Below are positions 19,662 to 29,007 of a stretch of 64,000 nucleotides of DNA, piece by piece; the stretch's first letter is position 1, and every line of letters begins with the position of its first letter. Origin of the DNA: Gemmatimonadales bacterium. GTDB taxonomy: Bacteria; Gemmatimonadota; Gemmatimonadetes; Gemmatimonadales; GWC2-71-9. A model generated the notes under the pieces. The model did not search any database, was not told the origin of the DNA, and saw nothing but the letters and a program-made list of their open reading frames with translations. A program made the position numbers and the translations under genes. The stretch is from assembly GCA_050184075.1 (NCBI GenBank), contig JBFXAS010000004.1, forward strand, positions 250 to 64,249, read 5' to 3'.

Positions 19662-20728
19662 CAGGGGCGGAAATCGGTGTCGGCCGCGATCCGCCGCGCG
19701 AACCCGGCCAGCAGCTGGGCGGCGCGGTCGAGATCGTCGAGCGCCACCATTTCGTTGGGACTGTGCATGTAGCGATTGGGAACCGAGACCAGGCCGGTCG
19801 CGATCCCACGGGTGGCGGTGAAGATCGCGTCGGCGTCGGTGGCCGTGAACCTCGGCGCCGCGTGCAGGCGATAGGGAAGCCCCTCGGCCTCCGCCGTCTC
19901 GACCAGGAGGTCGAAGACCTTCGGGTTCACCGACGAGCCTCGGCTCAGCACCGGCCCGCCTCCGAGCTGCACGTCGCCGAAGCGCTTCTTCTCGACGCCG
20001 GGCGTATCGGTCGCGTGGGTGACGTCCACCACGATCGCGACCCCGGGCTCGAGCCCGGCGGCCGAGGTGCGGGCGCCACCGCCCGAGAAGGCGATCTCCT
20101 CCTGGGTCGTCGCGACGGCGCTCACCGTCACCGCCGGTCGGTCCGCGGCGAGCCGGCGCAGCGCCTCGAGGACAACGAACGCGCCGATCCGATTGTCGAG
20201 GCTCCGACTCACGATCCGCTCGTGCGGCAGCTCGACGATCCCGCAGTCGAGCACCCCGGCGTCGCCGACCCGCACCCGCTCCTGCGCCTCCGCCTTGCTC
20301 GTCGCCCCGATGTCGATCCAGAGGTCCTTGGCTTTGCTCGGCTTGTCCCGGTCTTCCTTCTCGAGCAGGTGGATGGCCCGCTTCCCGACCACGCCGCGGA
20401 CCGGCCCGCCCCGGGTCAGCAACACCACCCGCTGTCCCACGAAGACCTGCTCGTCCCACCCGCCGATCGGGTCGAACCAGAGGAAGCCCTCGTCATCGAT
20501 GTGGACCACCATCAGTCCGATCTCGTCGATGTGGCCCGCGAACATCACGGTCGGCCCGGAGCCCTTGGCGTCCAAATGGGCATACGAGTTGCCGCTCACG
20601 TCTCCCACGACGCGATCAGCGAAACGCCTGGCCTCCGTCCGCCAGACCCCGGCCGGTCCAGTTTCGAAGCCGGATGGTCCGGGGGACTCGAGCAAGGTGG
20701 TGAGGAATCGGACCGATTCTGGCCGCAT
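19661..20728 (-). CDS. M42 family aminopeptidase (TET-like)
   Basis: GPSGFE, GHIDEIG, LDNRIG, QEEI, DVTHA, RYMHSPNE. Confidence 0.93.
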   Translation of the reverse strand: MRPESVRFLTTLLESPGPSGFETGPAGVWRTEARRFADRVVGDVSGNSYAHLDAKGSGPTVMFAGHIDEIGLMVVHIDDEGFLWFDPIGGWDEQVFVGQRVVLLTRGGPVRGVVGKRAIHLLEKEDRDKPSKAKDLWIDIGATSKAEAQERVRVGDAGVLDCGIVELPHERIVSRSLDNRIGAFVVLEALRRLAADRPAVTVSAVATTQEEIAFSGGGARTSAAGLEPGVAIVVDVTHATDTPGVEKKRFGDVQLGGGPVLSRGSSVNPKVFDLLVETAEAEGLPYRLHAAPRFTATDADAIFTATRGIATGLVSVPNRYMHSPNEMVALDDLDRAAQLLAGFARRIAADTDFRP

Positions 20729-20917
20729 GCGTTGTCGGGGTGTCGGAGGTGATCGTCTGTCCTTCGGCCCAAGGCAGCGTCGCCGCGGCGACATCGCGCC
20801 CGGTCCGCCGCCGGCAACTCTGTTCGCAACGCCTTGTCAATCAACGACGTTTGCGCCCGAGCCGCGGACGGTGGCGGCGCGCTGGCGAATCATATCGCAC
20901 CCTCTGCCGGAGGCCAA

Positions 20918-21631
20918 ATGAGCGCGAACCTCCTGTCGCGCATCGCAACGGCGGTTGCGGACGCACCCGGTTTGCTGGCTTCGATCGCCTTGCTCGCCGC
21001 CTGCGGCGGCGGCGATTCGGGCCCGAATCCGCCCCCACCGCCGCCACCGCCGCCCGCCGCGAGCGACCGGATCGAAAAGGCCAACCCCAGCGGCGACGCC
21101 CAGGCGGGTCGCCCGAACACCGCGCTCTCGGATCCCATCCGCGTGGTGGTGCGAAACGGCTCGACGCCGGTCTCCGGCAAGACGATCACCTGGTCGCCGA
21201 CGGCTGGCTCGGTCAATCCGACCACGTCGACCACCGGCGCCGACGGCATCGCCTCCACCACCGTCACCCTGCCGGGTGGCGGGAGCATGACCATCACGGC
21301 CGCCGCCAGCAACGCCACCGGGAGTCCCTTGAGCTTCTCGGCGACGGTGGCCGAACAGAACGCGATCGTGGAGGTGCTGAACAACCGCTTCGACCCGGAC
21401 AACCTGGCCATCGTTGCCGGCGGCACCGTGACGTTCAACTGGCCCGCCGGCTCCCTGCAGCACAACCTGGTTCCCGACGACGGAAAGACGGTCCCCAACG
21501 AGGCCGCGATCCACAACGGCGTTTTCTCACTCGCCTTTCAGTTCCCGACCGCGGGCGAGTACTTCTACCACTGCAGCGTGCACGGCGCGACCCGCAGCGG
21601 GATGTACGGCCGCATCCTCGTGATCCCGTGA
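20918..21631 (+). CDS. Lipoprotein with Ig-like domain and C-terminal cupredoxin (type-1 copper) domain
   Basis: LAAC lipobox, poly-Pro linker, TTGADGIAS Ig motif, copper ligands HN...YHCSVH...GM. Confidence 0.85.
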   Translation: MSANLLSRIATAVADAPGLLASIALLAACGGGDSGPNPPPPPPPPPAASDRIEKANPSGDAQAGRPNTALSDPIRVVVRNGSTPVSGKTITWSPTAGSVNPTTSTTGADGIASTTVTLPGGGSMTITAAASNATGSPLSFSATVAEQNAIVEVLNNRFDPDNLAIVAGGTVTFNWPAGSLQHNLVPDDGKTVPNEAAIHNGVFSLAFQFPTAGEYFYHCSVHGATRSGMYGRILVIP

Positions 21632-22473
21632 GGGCCGCCGCCATCGCGGGTGCGCTCACGATCGCGCTCGGCAGCCGGGCCGCCGCTCAGGGCGACTGTT
21701 TCCCGGGCGCCGAGTCGAACGAGGCCAAGACGCTGGCGATCTTCTCGGTCCCGCTCGCCTTCGGGCCGGCGGGGGCGCCCCTCACCCGTGGTCGGATCTC
21801 GGTCGGGATCGAAGCGGTCTACCTCCCCAACGTCGATCCCGCCACCGCCACGCCCACCGTCTGCCGTCCGGGCAAGGGCCCCGAGAACACCGATCTGCTC
21901 TTCGCGGCGCCCCGACCGAGAGTGTCGGTGGCGTTGGGCGGTGGCCTCACGCTCGAGGGCAGCTGGATTCCCCCAATTCGCCTGAACCAGGTCTCGGCCA
22001 ATCTGTTCGGCATCGCGCTCGGCTGGACCACCGCCCTCGGCGGCACCCACCGGCTCACGCTCCGCGGCCACGGCACCTTCGGGCGGGTGCGGGCGCCGAT
22101 CACCTGCGACGATGCGGCGCTGGCCGATCCGCTGAGCGAGTGCTACCAGGGCACCCGTTCCGACGACCGCTACCGCCCCAACATCGTCGGGGCCGACGCC
22201 ACCGTGAGCTGGTCGCTGGGGGGCGGACGGGTTCAGCCCTACCTCGGCGCCGGCTACAACCGGCTGATGCCCCGCTTTCAGGTCGACTTCACCAACGTGG
22301 CCGGTCAGCGGGACGAGCGACGGGTCGAGGTCGACCTCGACCGCGCGGTGCTCTTCGGCGGCGCGACCTGGTGGCCCGCCGGCGGCCGCCTCGGGCTGAG
22401 CGGCGAGCTCTACGCCGCGCCCAGCGACGCGATCACCGGGCGGGTCGCCGTGCGCCTCGCCGTCGGGTCCTGA
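21628..22473 (+). CDS. Hypothetical secreted / outer-membrane beta-barrel protein
   Basis: GTGA overlap with the cupredoxin gene; signal peptide (AAA-Q); amphipathic strands such as VQPYLGAGY; four Cys. Confidence 0.65.
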   Translation: MRAAAIAGALTIALGSRAAAQGDCFPGAESNEAKTLAIFSVPLAFGPAGAPLTRGRISVGIEAVYLPNVDPATATPTVCRPGKGPENTDLLFAAPRPRVSVALGGGLTLEGSWIPPIRLNQVSANLFGIALGWTTALGGTHRLTLRGHGTFGRVRAPITCDDAALADPLSECYQGTRSDDRYRPNIVGADATVSWSLGGGRVQPYLGAGYNRLMPRFQVDFTNVAGQRDERRVEVDLDRAVLFGGATWWPAGGRLGLSGELYAAPSDAITGRVAVRLAVGS

Positions 22474-22519
22474 CCCGCCGACCCTTCCCTCGAACGGGAT
22501 CCGGCGAAATCTTGGAGGC

Positions 22520-23221
22520 GTGTATCAGCGCCTCGATCCGGATCGCATCGTCGCCACGTCCCGGCAGCTGGCTCGCCGCGTGGAGGAGCGCTTTCCCGGC
22601 TCGGGCCTCGGACGGGTGTCCGCCGAGCTGGTCCAGGTCACCGAGCGCGCCGCGGCCGACACCGTCTGGCTCGGGCGCCCCCATCGCGGGCTCCGAATCG
22701 GCATCTGGGCCCTGATCGGATTTCTGCTGATCGCGGTGATCGGTGCGGCGGTGACCCTGCTGCCGGAGCCGGGTCGGTCGACCCTCTCCGAGGTGCTGCA
22801 GGCCGTCGAATCGGCCGTCAACGACCTGGTCTTCCTCGGCATTGCGGTCTGGTTTCTGCTCTCGCTCGAGACCCGCTGGAAGCGTCGCCGGGCGCTCGAC
22901 TCGCTCCACCGGCTCCGGGCGATGGCGCACATCATCGACATGCACCAGCTCACCAAGGACCCGGAGCGGGTCATCGGCCCCGATGCCGGGCCCGACACCC
23001 CGTCGTCTCCGGCGCGGTCGATGACGGCCTTCGAGCTGTCTCGCTATCTGGATTACGCGAGCGAGATGCTCTCACTCCTCGGCAAGGCCGCCGCGCTCTA
23101 TCTCCAGGACTTCGACGACCCGGTCGCGATCGCCACGGTGAACGAGATCGAGTCGCTCACCACGGGACTCTCCCGCAAGATCTGGCAGAAGATCATGATC
23201 ATCGACCGGGTCGTCGGCTGA
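22520..23221 (+). CDS. Hypothetical 2-TM membrane protein
   Basis: GGAGG upstream, two hydrophobic helices, ordered C-terminal domain (HIIDMHQLTKDP, RYLDYASEML, KIWQKI). Confidence 0.8.
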   Translation: MYQRLDPDRIVATSRQLARRVEERFPGSGLGRVSAELVQVTERAAADTVWLGRPHRGLRIGIWALIGFLLIAVIGAAVTLLPEPGRSTLSEVLQAVESAVNDLVFLGIAVWFLLSLETRWKRRRALDSLHRLRAMAHIIDMHQLTKDPERVIGPDAGPDTPSSPARSMTAFELSRYLDYASEMLSLLGKAAALYLQDFDDPVAIATVNEIESLTTGLSRKIWQKIMIIDRVVG

Positions 23222-23224
23222 GCC

Positions 23225-23683
23225 TCAGCCGCGCGGGGTGCAGTCCGTGCGACGGGTGTCGGCCACCTGCGCCACCTTCCATCCGTCGGCCAGCTTGGCC
23301 ATGAAGAACGCGTCGTAGCCGCAGTGACTGAGTCGGGTCCCGACCCAGAGCTCGTAGTAGACCCACACCTGCGCGATGTTCCCATCGACGTGCACGATCG
23401 GGTCGAAGATCTTCTCGTCCGGTCCCGGCCCGCTCCCCCGTCCGACGGAGCCGATCCACAGGCTCGGGTCGATTACCTGAAGCTTGGGCTCGCCGCTCTG
23501 CGTGTTGATCCCGAGCAGCCGGGCCTCCGGCGCCATCAGCGAGCGCATCAGCGCGGTGTCCCGGGTCCGCATCCCGTCGAACAGCCTGGTGATGGCCTGG
23601 ACGACGGCCTTCTCCTCGCTTTGCGCCCGGGCCGGCCCGGCCAGTGCCGCCGCCAGCGCCACCGTCGCGAACGCCATCCTCAT
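23225..23683 (-). CDS. Secreted NTF2/SnoaL-fold protein
   Basis: Signal peptide; LFDGMR..D...VHVDGNIAQVW..Y...HCG.D.F...GWK. Confidence 0.75.
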   Translation of the reverse strand: MRMAFATVALAAALAGPARAQSEEKAVVQAITRLFDGMRTRDTALMRSLMAPEARLLGINTQSGEPKLQVIDPSLWIGSVGRGSGPGPDEKIFDPIVHVDGNIAQVWVYYELWVGTRLSHCGYDAFFMAKLADGWKVAQVADTRRTDCTPRG

Positions 23684-23778
23684 CGTTGCACCTCATCGTG
23701 CGGGGTTGGAGCCAGATACCTTACCTGTGCCACACTCAACCGACGTCGGACCAACGAACCCGGTTTCGCGAGACATCC

Positions 23779-24567
23779 GTGATCACCGTGAGCACGCTGA
23801 CATTCTACCCGCTCAAAGGGGCGCGCGGCATCGCGACGCCCGCCCTCGAGCTCGACCGCTACGGCCCCCGCTTCGATCGTCGCTGGATGGCGATCACCGA
23901 GGCCGGGCGCTTCCTGACCCAGCGCGAGGCACCGGAGCTCTGCCTGGCCGAGGCGATCCCGACGCCGGAGGCGCTCACCCTGCGCGGACCCGGCCTGCCC
24001 GAGCTCGTCGTCCCGGTCACGGGGGATGGAACGCCGCGCCGGGTCCGAGTCTGGGGAAGCGAGTGCGACGCCCGGGACCAGGGCGACGCCGCGGCCCGGT
24101 GGCTCGGCGATCTCCTCGGCCGATCGGCGCGTCTGCTCCACCTTCCGGAGGGCGAGGAGCGTCAGACCGACCCGACCTTCGATCCGTCGGGAAGCCCCGT
24201 GAGCTTCGCCGACGGCTACCCGATCCTCCTGATCGGCGAGGCCTCGCTGGCCGCGCTCAATGGTGCCCTGGTCGAGCCGGTCCCGATGAACCGCTTCCGA
24301 CCCAACGTGGTCGTCTCGGGATCCGCCCCCTACGAGGAGGACGACTGGCGGCGCTTCACCATCGGCGGGCTGCCTTTCGACGGGGTCAAGCGCTGCGCTC
24401 GCTGTGTCGTGACCACCGTCGATCAGCAGTCGGCCACGCGCCACGAGGAGCCCCTTCGGACCCTCTCGACGCTGCGCCGTGGCGAGCATGGGGCTCTCTT
24501 CGGAATGAACGTCGTGCACCGAGCCAGGGGAACGATCGCGGTGGGCGATGCCGTCGTCGTCGGCTGA
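23779..24567 (+). CDS. MOSC domain protein (YcbX/mARC-like)
   Basis: YPLKG, DRRWM, FADGYP, RFRPNVVV, EDDW, CARC..TT. Confidence 0.92.
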   Translation: MITVSTLTFYPLKGARGIATPALELDRYGPRFDRRWMAITEAGRFLTQREAPELCLAEAIPTPEALTLRGPGLPELVVPVTGDGTPRRVRVWGSECDARDQGDAAARWLGDLLGRSARLLHLPEGEERQTDPTFDPSGSPVSFADGYPILLIGEASLAALNGALVEPVPMNRFRPNVVVSGSAPYEEDDWRRFTIGGLPFDGVKRCARCVVTTVDQQSATRHEEPLRTLSTLRRGEHGALFGMNVVHRARGTIAVGDAVVVG

Positions 24568-24574
24568 CGGCAGC

Positions 24575-24970
24575 TCAGGTAGGGGTTCGCAGCGTGGACC
24601 TCGACACCCCCGGGTCGCCCGACTCGCTCTTGCTCGCCAGCAGCCGCTCGGCAAAATCGACCCGCTCCTGCAGCTCCGACACGTCGTGCCGGAGGGAGTA
24701 GATCTCGTCCATGATCTCCTGAGGGACGCCCAGCTGATCCTGCTCGTGCGCGTCCCAGCGCGACACCAGGCGCCCTTCCGCGTCGCGGAAGCCCCCGGCC
24801 GCGACCATGATCACGTCGACCAGGTACCAGATCCCGAGCCCACCCCCGGTGAGGATCATCAGAATCCCGGTGCCGGCCTTCCCGACGTAGAAGCGGTGGG
24901 CGCCGAACACGCCGAGCACGCCGGCCAGCACCAGGGCAACCGCGCGCGACTTGTCTGACGGTGGGGCCAT
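24575..24970 (-). CDS. TM2 domain protein with C-terminal coiled coil
   Basis: KSR...LGVFGAHRFYVGK.GTGIL...GIW...D. Confidence 0.88.
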   Translation of the reverse strand: MAPPSDKSRAVALVLAGVLGVFGAHRFYVGKAGTGILMILTGGGLGIWYLVDVIMVAAGGFRDAEGRLVSRWDAHEQDQLGVPQEIMDEIYSLRHDVSELQERVDFAERLLASKSESGDPGVSRSTLRTPT

Positions 24971-25044
24971 CGCACACCCTCGGGCAGGGGTCGACACCTA
25001 ACCTAGCGTCGCTACCTTCCGAGTCCACCCTTCAGGCGACGCAC

Positions 25045-25761
25045 ATGCTCGGCATCCTTGCGCTGGTGACCACCCTGGTCGGCCCCCAACCCGCCGACAC
25101 GGTGCGTGACGGCCACGACCTCCTCGCCGCGATGCACGCCCGCTATCAGGACTCCTGGTATCGGAGCCTCACCTTCGTGCAGCGAGTCGTCTGGGCCGAC
25201 GGCCGCCCCGAGGGCGAGTGGTGGGAAGCAATGGCCATCCCCGGACAGCTCCGCATCGACATCGCACCGGTCGACAGCGGCAACGGCATCGTCTATCGCG
25301 GCGACTCGCTCTACCGCTTCAACCGGAAAGCCGTCCAGGCCTCCAAGGGCGCCAACCCGCTCCTGATCCTCGGCTTCGACGTCTACGGACAGCCCCCCGC
25401 GACCACCGCCAAGGTGCTCGGGGAGCAGGGCTTCGATCTGGGCCAGCTCCGGACCGACACCTGGCAGGGGCGGGTGGCCTACGTCGTCGGTGGTCCCGAG
25501 CACCAGTTCTGGGTCGATCGCGAGCGGTTGCTCTTCGTCCGCCTCATCAACCAGACTCCGAGCGGCGCGACCAGCGAGATCCAGTTCAATCGCTACCAAC
25601 GATTGGGGGGCGGCTGGATTGCCCCGGAAGTCATCTTCATGACCGACGGCAAGGAGACGATGCGCGAGATCTACCGCGACATGAAGGCCGACCCAACGCT
25701 CGACCCGTCGATCTTCGAGCCGCGGCCCTGGCGGCGTCCGGCGTGGATTCCCAAGGCCTGA
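25045..25761 (+). CDS. Hypothetical periplasmic protein (possible LolA-like fold)
   Basis: Signal peptide, beta-rich, FWVDRERLL and LDPSIFEP motifs typical of LolA-like folds. Confidence 0.65.
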   Translation: MLGILALVTTLVGPQPADTVRDGHDLLAAMHARYQDSWYRSLTFVQRVVWADGRPEGEWWEAMAIPGQLRIDIAPVDSGNGIVYRGDSLYRFNRKAVQASKGANPLLILGFDVYGQPPATTAKVLGEQGFDLGQLRTDTWQGRVAYVVGGPEHQFWVDRERLLFVRLINQTPSGATSEIQFNRYQRLGGGWIAPEVIFMTDGKETMREIYRDMKADPTLDPSIFEPRPWRRPAWIPKA

Positions 25762-26588
25762 CCGAGCGCCCCGGACTCCCCACGCTGCTCGGAGTCCGAT
25801 ACGACGGGTCGTCGTCCTTCGTCCGAGGCGCCGCCGAGGGTCCGCTCGCGATCCGCGAGGCGATCTCGGCGCCCTCGAGCAACCCCTGGACCGTAGCCGG
25901 CGCCGATCTCGGGTCGAGGGCCGTGCTCGACGATGCGGGCGACCTGACCCCCGCCTCGGGCGAGGCCGGCCGCGCGTCGATCACGGCCAGGGTGTCCGAG
26001 CTGCTCGCCGGGAGCCGTCTGCCCGTCGTCCTCGGCGGCGATCACTCGATCACCTATCCCGTGCTCCGGGCGTTTCGGGCGCACCACCCTCGCCTCACCC
26101 TGCTCCACTTCGACGCCCACGCCGACTTGTACGACCGATTCGACGGCGACCCCTACTCGCACGCCTGCCCGATGGCCCGAATCATGGAGGAGGGCCTCGC
26201 GGACCGTCTGATCCAGGTCGGCATCCGCACCCTGAGCCCGGATCAACGCGAGCAGGCCGAGCGCTTCGACGTCGACCTGCGCGAAATGCACCACTGGCGC
26301 GGTCCGGAGCCGATCCGGCTCGATGATCCGGTGTACCTCTCACTCGATCTCGACGTGCTCGACCCGGCGTTCGTCACCGGGATCGCGCACCCCGAGCCGG
26401 GTGGCCTCTCGGTGGCCGAGCTGGTGGGTCAGCTCCGCGAGGTCGAGGCTCGGGTCGTCGGCGTCGACCTGGTCGAGCTCAATCCCCGCCTCGACCCCTC
26501 CGGGCGGAGCGGGCTCGTGGCGGTGAAGCTCCTGAAATCACTGGTAGACCTGCTTCGGCGCTCCAACCACTCCAGGGAGACGTCATGA
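25743..26588 (+). CDS. Agmatinase/arginase (ureohydrolase) family protein
   Basis: GGDHSIT, HFDAHAD, SHAC, SLDLDVLDP, DLVELNP. Start is approximate. Confidence 0.9.
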   Translation: MDSQGLTERPGLPTLLGVRYDGSSSFVRGAAEGPLAIREAISAPSSNPWTVAGADLGSRAVLDDAGDLTPASGEAGRASITARVSELLAGSRLPVVLGGDHSITYPVLRAFRAHHPRLTLLHFDAHADLYDRFDGDPYSHACPMARIMEEGLADRLIQVGIRTLSPDQREQAERFDVDLREMHHWRGPEPIRLDDPVYLSLDLDVLDPAFVTGIAHPEPGGLSVAELVGQLREVEARVVGVDLVELNPRLDPSGRSGLVAVKLLKSLVDLLRRSNHSRETS

Positions 26589-28144
26589 AGAACCCGATGC
26601 GGCGGATCGCCATGCTGCTGCCGTTCCTCGCCGTTCCCTGGTGGAGCACGGTCTGGGCGCAGCCGGGCCGCGAGCAGATCAGAGCGTTCCGAGAGGCCAA
26701 CGAGACCAGGATCGTGGCCGAGCTGGCGTCGCTGCTCGAGCTGCCCAACCTGGCCACCAACGTGGACGACATCCACCGCAATGCCGAGCTCCTGATCACG
26801 ATGCTCGGGCGTCGGGGAATCGCCGCCCGCAAGCTCGAGCTACCGGACGCGCCCCCCGCCGTCTACGGCGAGCTGCTCGTGCCCGGCGCCACGCGAACGG
26901 TCGTGTTCTACGCCCACTTCGATGGCCAGCCCGTCGATTCGTCACGCTGGGCGTCGCCAGCCTGGACGCCACTCCTCCGCGACGCGCCCATCGAGCGCGG
27001 CGGGAAGCAGATCCCGCTGGCGAGCCCGACCGGACGCTACGACCCCGAGGCACGCCTCTACGCGCGCTCGGCGAGCGACGACAAGTCACCGATCGTCGCT
27101 ATGCTCTGGGCCCTCGACGCGCTCCGGGCCGCGAACAGCGCCCCCAGCGTCAACCTCAAGTTCTTCCTCGAGGGCGAGGAAGAGGCCGGATCCCCCCACC
27201 TTCGGGAGATGTTCCGCCGCTACCGCCCGCTCCTCGCGGCGGACCTCTGGATCATGGGCGACGGTCCGATCCATCAGAGCCGGGCCCAGCAGATCGTGTT
27301 CGGCGCCCGAGGCGACGTCGGTCTCGATCTGACCGTCTACGGACCGAGTCGACCACTCCACAGCGGCCACTACGGCAACTGGGCTCCCAACCCGAACGTC
27401 GAGCTGATCCACCTGCTCGCCTCGATGCGCGCCGAGGACGGCCGGATCACGATCGACGGGTACTACGACGACGTCACTCCGATCTCGGCCGCCGAGCGAG
27501 AGGCGATCTCGGCGGTGCCGTCTGTGGAGGCCCAGCTGATCGGGGAGCTGCGGCTGGGACGAACCGAGGGGAGACCGAACGCGACGCTGCTCGAGCAGCT
27601 CGCGCGGCCGGCCCTCAACGTGAGCGGGCTCTCCGGCGGCCTGACGGGCTCGGGGTCCGCCAACCTGATCGTCTCCCGGGCGACGGCGTTTCTCGACCTC
27701 CGGCTGGTGCCCGACCAGACCCTGCCGGGCGTACGACGCCTGATCGAGCGCCATATCGCGCGGCAGGGCTTCCACATCGTGACCGAGGAGCCGGACTCGG
27801 CGACCCTCCGCTCCCATGCGAAGGTGATCCGACTGTCCTGGGGAAGCGGCTACCCCGCCGCCAAGACGGCCATGGACGCGCCGGCGGCCCGCGCGTTGAT
27901 CCGGGCGGCCGACCTGTCCATGGGCCAGCCGCTGCTGCGGGTGCCGATGCTCGGCGGGAGCCTGCCGCTCTACCTGCTGGACGAGACGCTGGGCAGCCCC
28001 TTCGTGCTGCTGCCGATCGTCAACCACGACAACAACCAGCACGGCGAGAACGAAAACCTCCGGCTCGCCAACCTCTGGGACGGGATCGAACTCTACGCCG
28101 GGGTGCTCGCCCGGCTTGGCTCCGCCTGGGCCCCACAGCCGTAG
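26585..28144 (+). CDS. Secreted M20/M25/M40 family metallopeptidase
   Basis: YAHFDGQP, YARSASDDK, EGEEEAGS, LHSGHYG, NQHGENE. Confidence 0.92.
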   Translation: MKNPMRRIAMLLPFLAVPWWSTVWAQPGREQIRAFREANETRIVAELASLLELPNLATNVDDIHRNAELLITMLGRRGIAARKLELPDAPPAVYGELLVPGATRTVVFYAHFDGQPVDSSRWASPAWTPLLRDAPIERGGKQIPLASPTGRYDPEARLYARSASDDKSPIVAMLWALDALRAANSAPSVNLKFFLEGEEEAGSPHLREMFRRYRPLLAADLWIMGDGPIHQSRAQQIVFGARGDVGLDLTVYGPSRPLHSGHYGNWAPNPNVELIHLLASMRAEDGRITIDGYYDDVTPISAAEREAISAVPSVEAQLIGELRLGRTEGRPNATLLEQLARPALNVSGLSGGLTGSGSANLIVSRATAFLDLRLVPDQTLPGVRRLIERHIARQGFHIVTEEPDSATLRSHAKVIRLSWGSGYPAAKTAMDAPAARALIRAADLSMGQPLLRVPMLGGSLPLYLLDETLGSPFVLLPIVNHDNNQHGENENLRLANLWDGIELYAGVLARLGSAWAPQP

Positions 28145-28170
28145 CCTTGCCGCCTCCGAGAGGACCCTGG

Positions 28171-28851
28171 TTAGCGAGCCGGCACGGGCACCAGCAGACG
28201 CGCCGCCGCGGCGGCAGTGACGCCCGGGTCGGGTGGAGTCGGCCAGATCGGCGACCCGAGGAGATTGCCAGCCAGGGCAGCCAGAGTGACCCGAGCGACC
28301 AGGTTCTTGTCTCCGACGTCGCGCAGGTGTCCGGTTTTCATTCTGGTGCCGAGATAGGCGGCGAGATGCCCCACCAGGTCGGCCCAGACCAGCTCGTCGA
28401 ACGCCCTGCCCAGGTCGGGCCATTCGACACGGTTGCGGTCGGCGATCAGGATGGCCTGGCGATACCTGGCGAGCCAGGTGGCTATCTCTAGTAGTATTGA
28501 CTCATACTCCCCGATGGATTCTTCGACCACCCTCCGTTGGAGCCCGACCCAGAGCTGGGGGAAATGGGCGATGTTCTCGACCGCGTTCCGGAACAGGACC
28601 CGCTGCTCTCGAGCCGGGGTGCGGGGGTACGGCGGCTTGGCGGAGGCGACCAACGGGCTCTCGCAAGCGCGGAGCACGGCGAGCTCGAACAGGGCCTCCT
28701 TGTCGGCGGCGTACAGGTACACGGTCCCCGGTCCGACTCGGGCCTTCCGGGCGACCTCGCTGACTTTTGTCGCCGCAAAGCCTTTTACGGAAAACACTTC
28801 TGCGGCTGACGCGGAGAGGCGGTCGAGCTTGGCGTGGTCACGCTTTCTCAC
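28171..28851 (-). CDS. TetR/AcrR family transcriptional regulator
   Basis: AAEVFSVKGFAATKVSEVARKARVGPGTVYLYAADKEALF HTH. Confidence 0.9.
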   Translation of the reverse strand: MRKRDHAKLDRLSASAAEVFSVKGFAATKVSEVARKARVGPGTVYLYAADKEALFELAVLRACESPLVASAKPPYPRTPAREQRVLFRNAVENIAHFPQLWVGLQRRVVEESIGEYESILLEIATWLARYRQAILIADRNRVEWPDLGRAFDELVWADLVGHLAAYLGTRMKTGHLRDVGDKNLVARVTLAALAGNLLGSPIWPTPPDPGVTAAAAARLLVPVPAR

Positions 28852-28885
28852 GGGCTGTTCCGTCTTGGGAGGGCGACGTCAGAAT

Positions 28886-28908
28886 AGAATAACTGAATCA
28901 GTCATTCT
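28886..28908. promoter_or_regulatory. 23-bp near-perfect palindrome, probable TetR operator
   Basis: AGAATAACTGA-A-TCAGTCATTCT, 10 of 11 arm pairs match. AT-rich island between divergent tetR and ECF2, overlapping TAGAAT (+) and TATTCT (-) -10-like hexamers. Confidence 0.75.
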
Positions 28909-28942
28909 TTGTCGAATGGAGAGTCGACCGAAGCCGGCCGGA

Positions 28943-28968
28943 GCAACCCTTTTCGACCACCGCCTGTC
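28943..28968 (+). promoter_or_regulatory. Putative autoregulated ECF2 promoter GCAAC-N17-TGTC
   Basis: GCAAC ccttttcgaccaccgcc TGTC, about 40 nt upstream of the GTG 29008 start. Confidence 0.5.
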
Positions 28969-29007
28969 GAATCGCATGAGTTGGATGACCTGCGCCAACG
29001 GAGCCCG

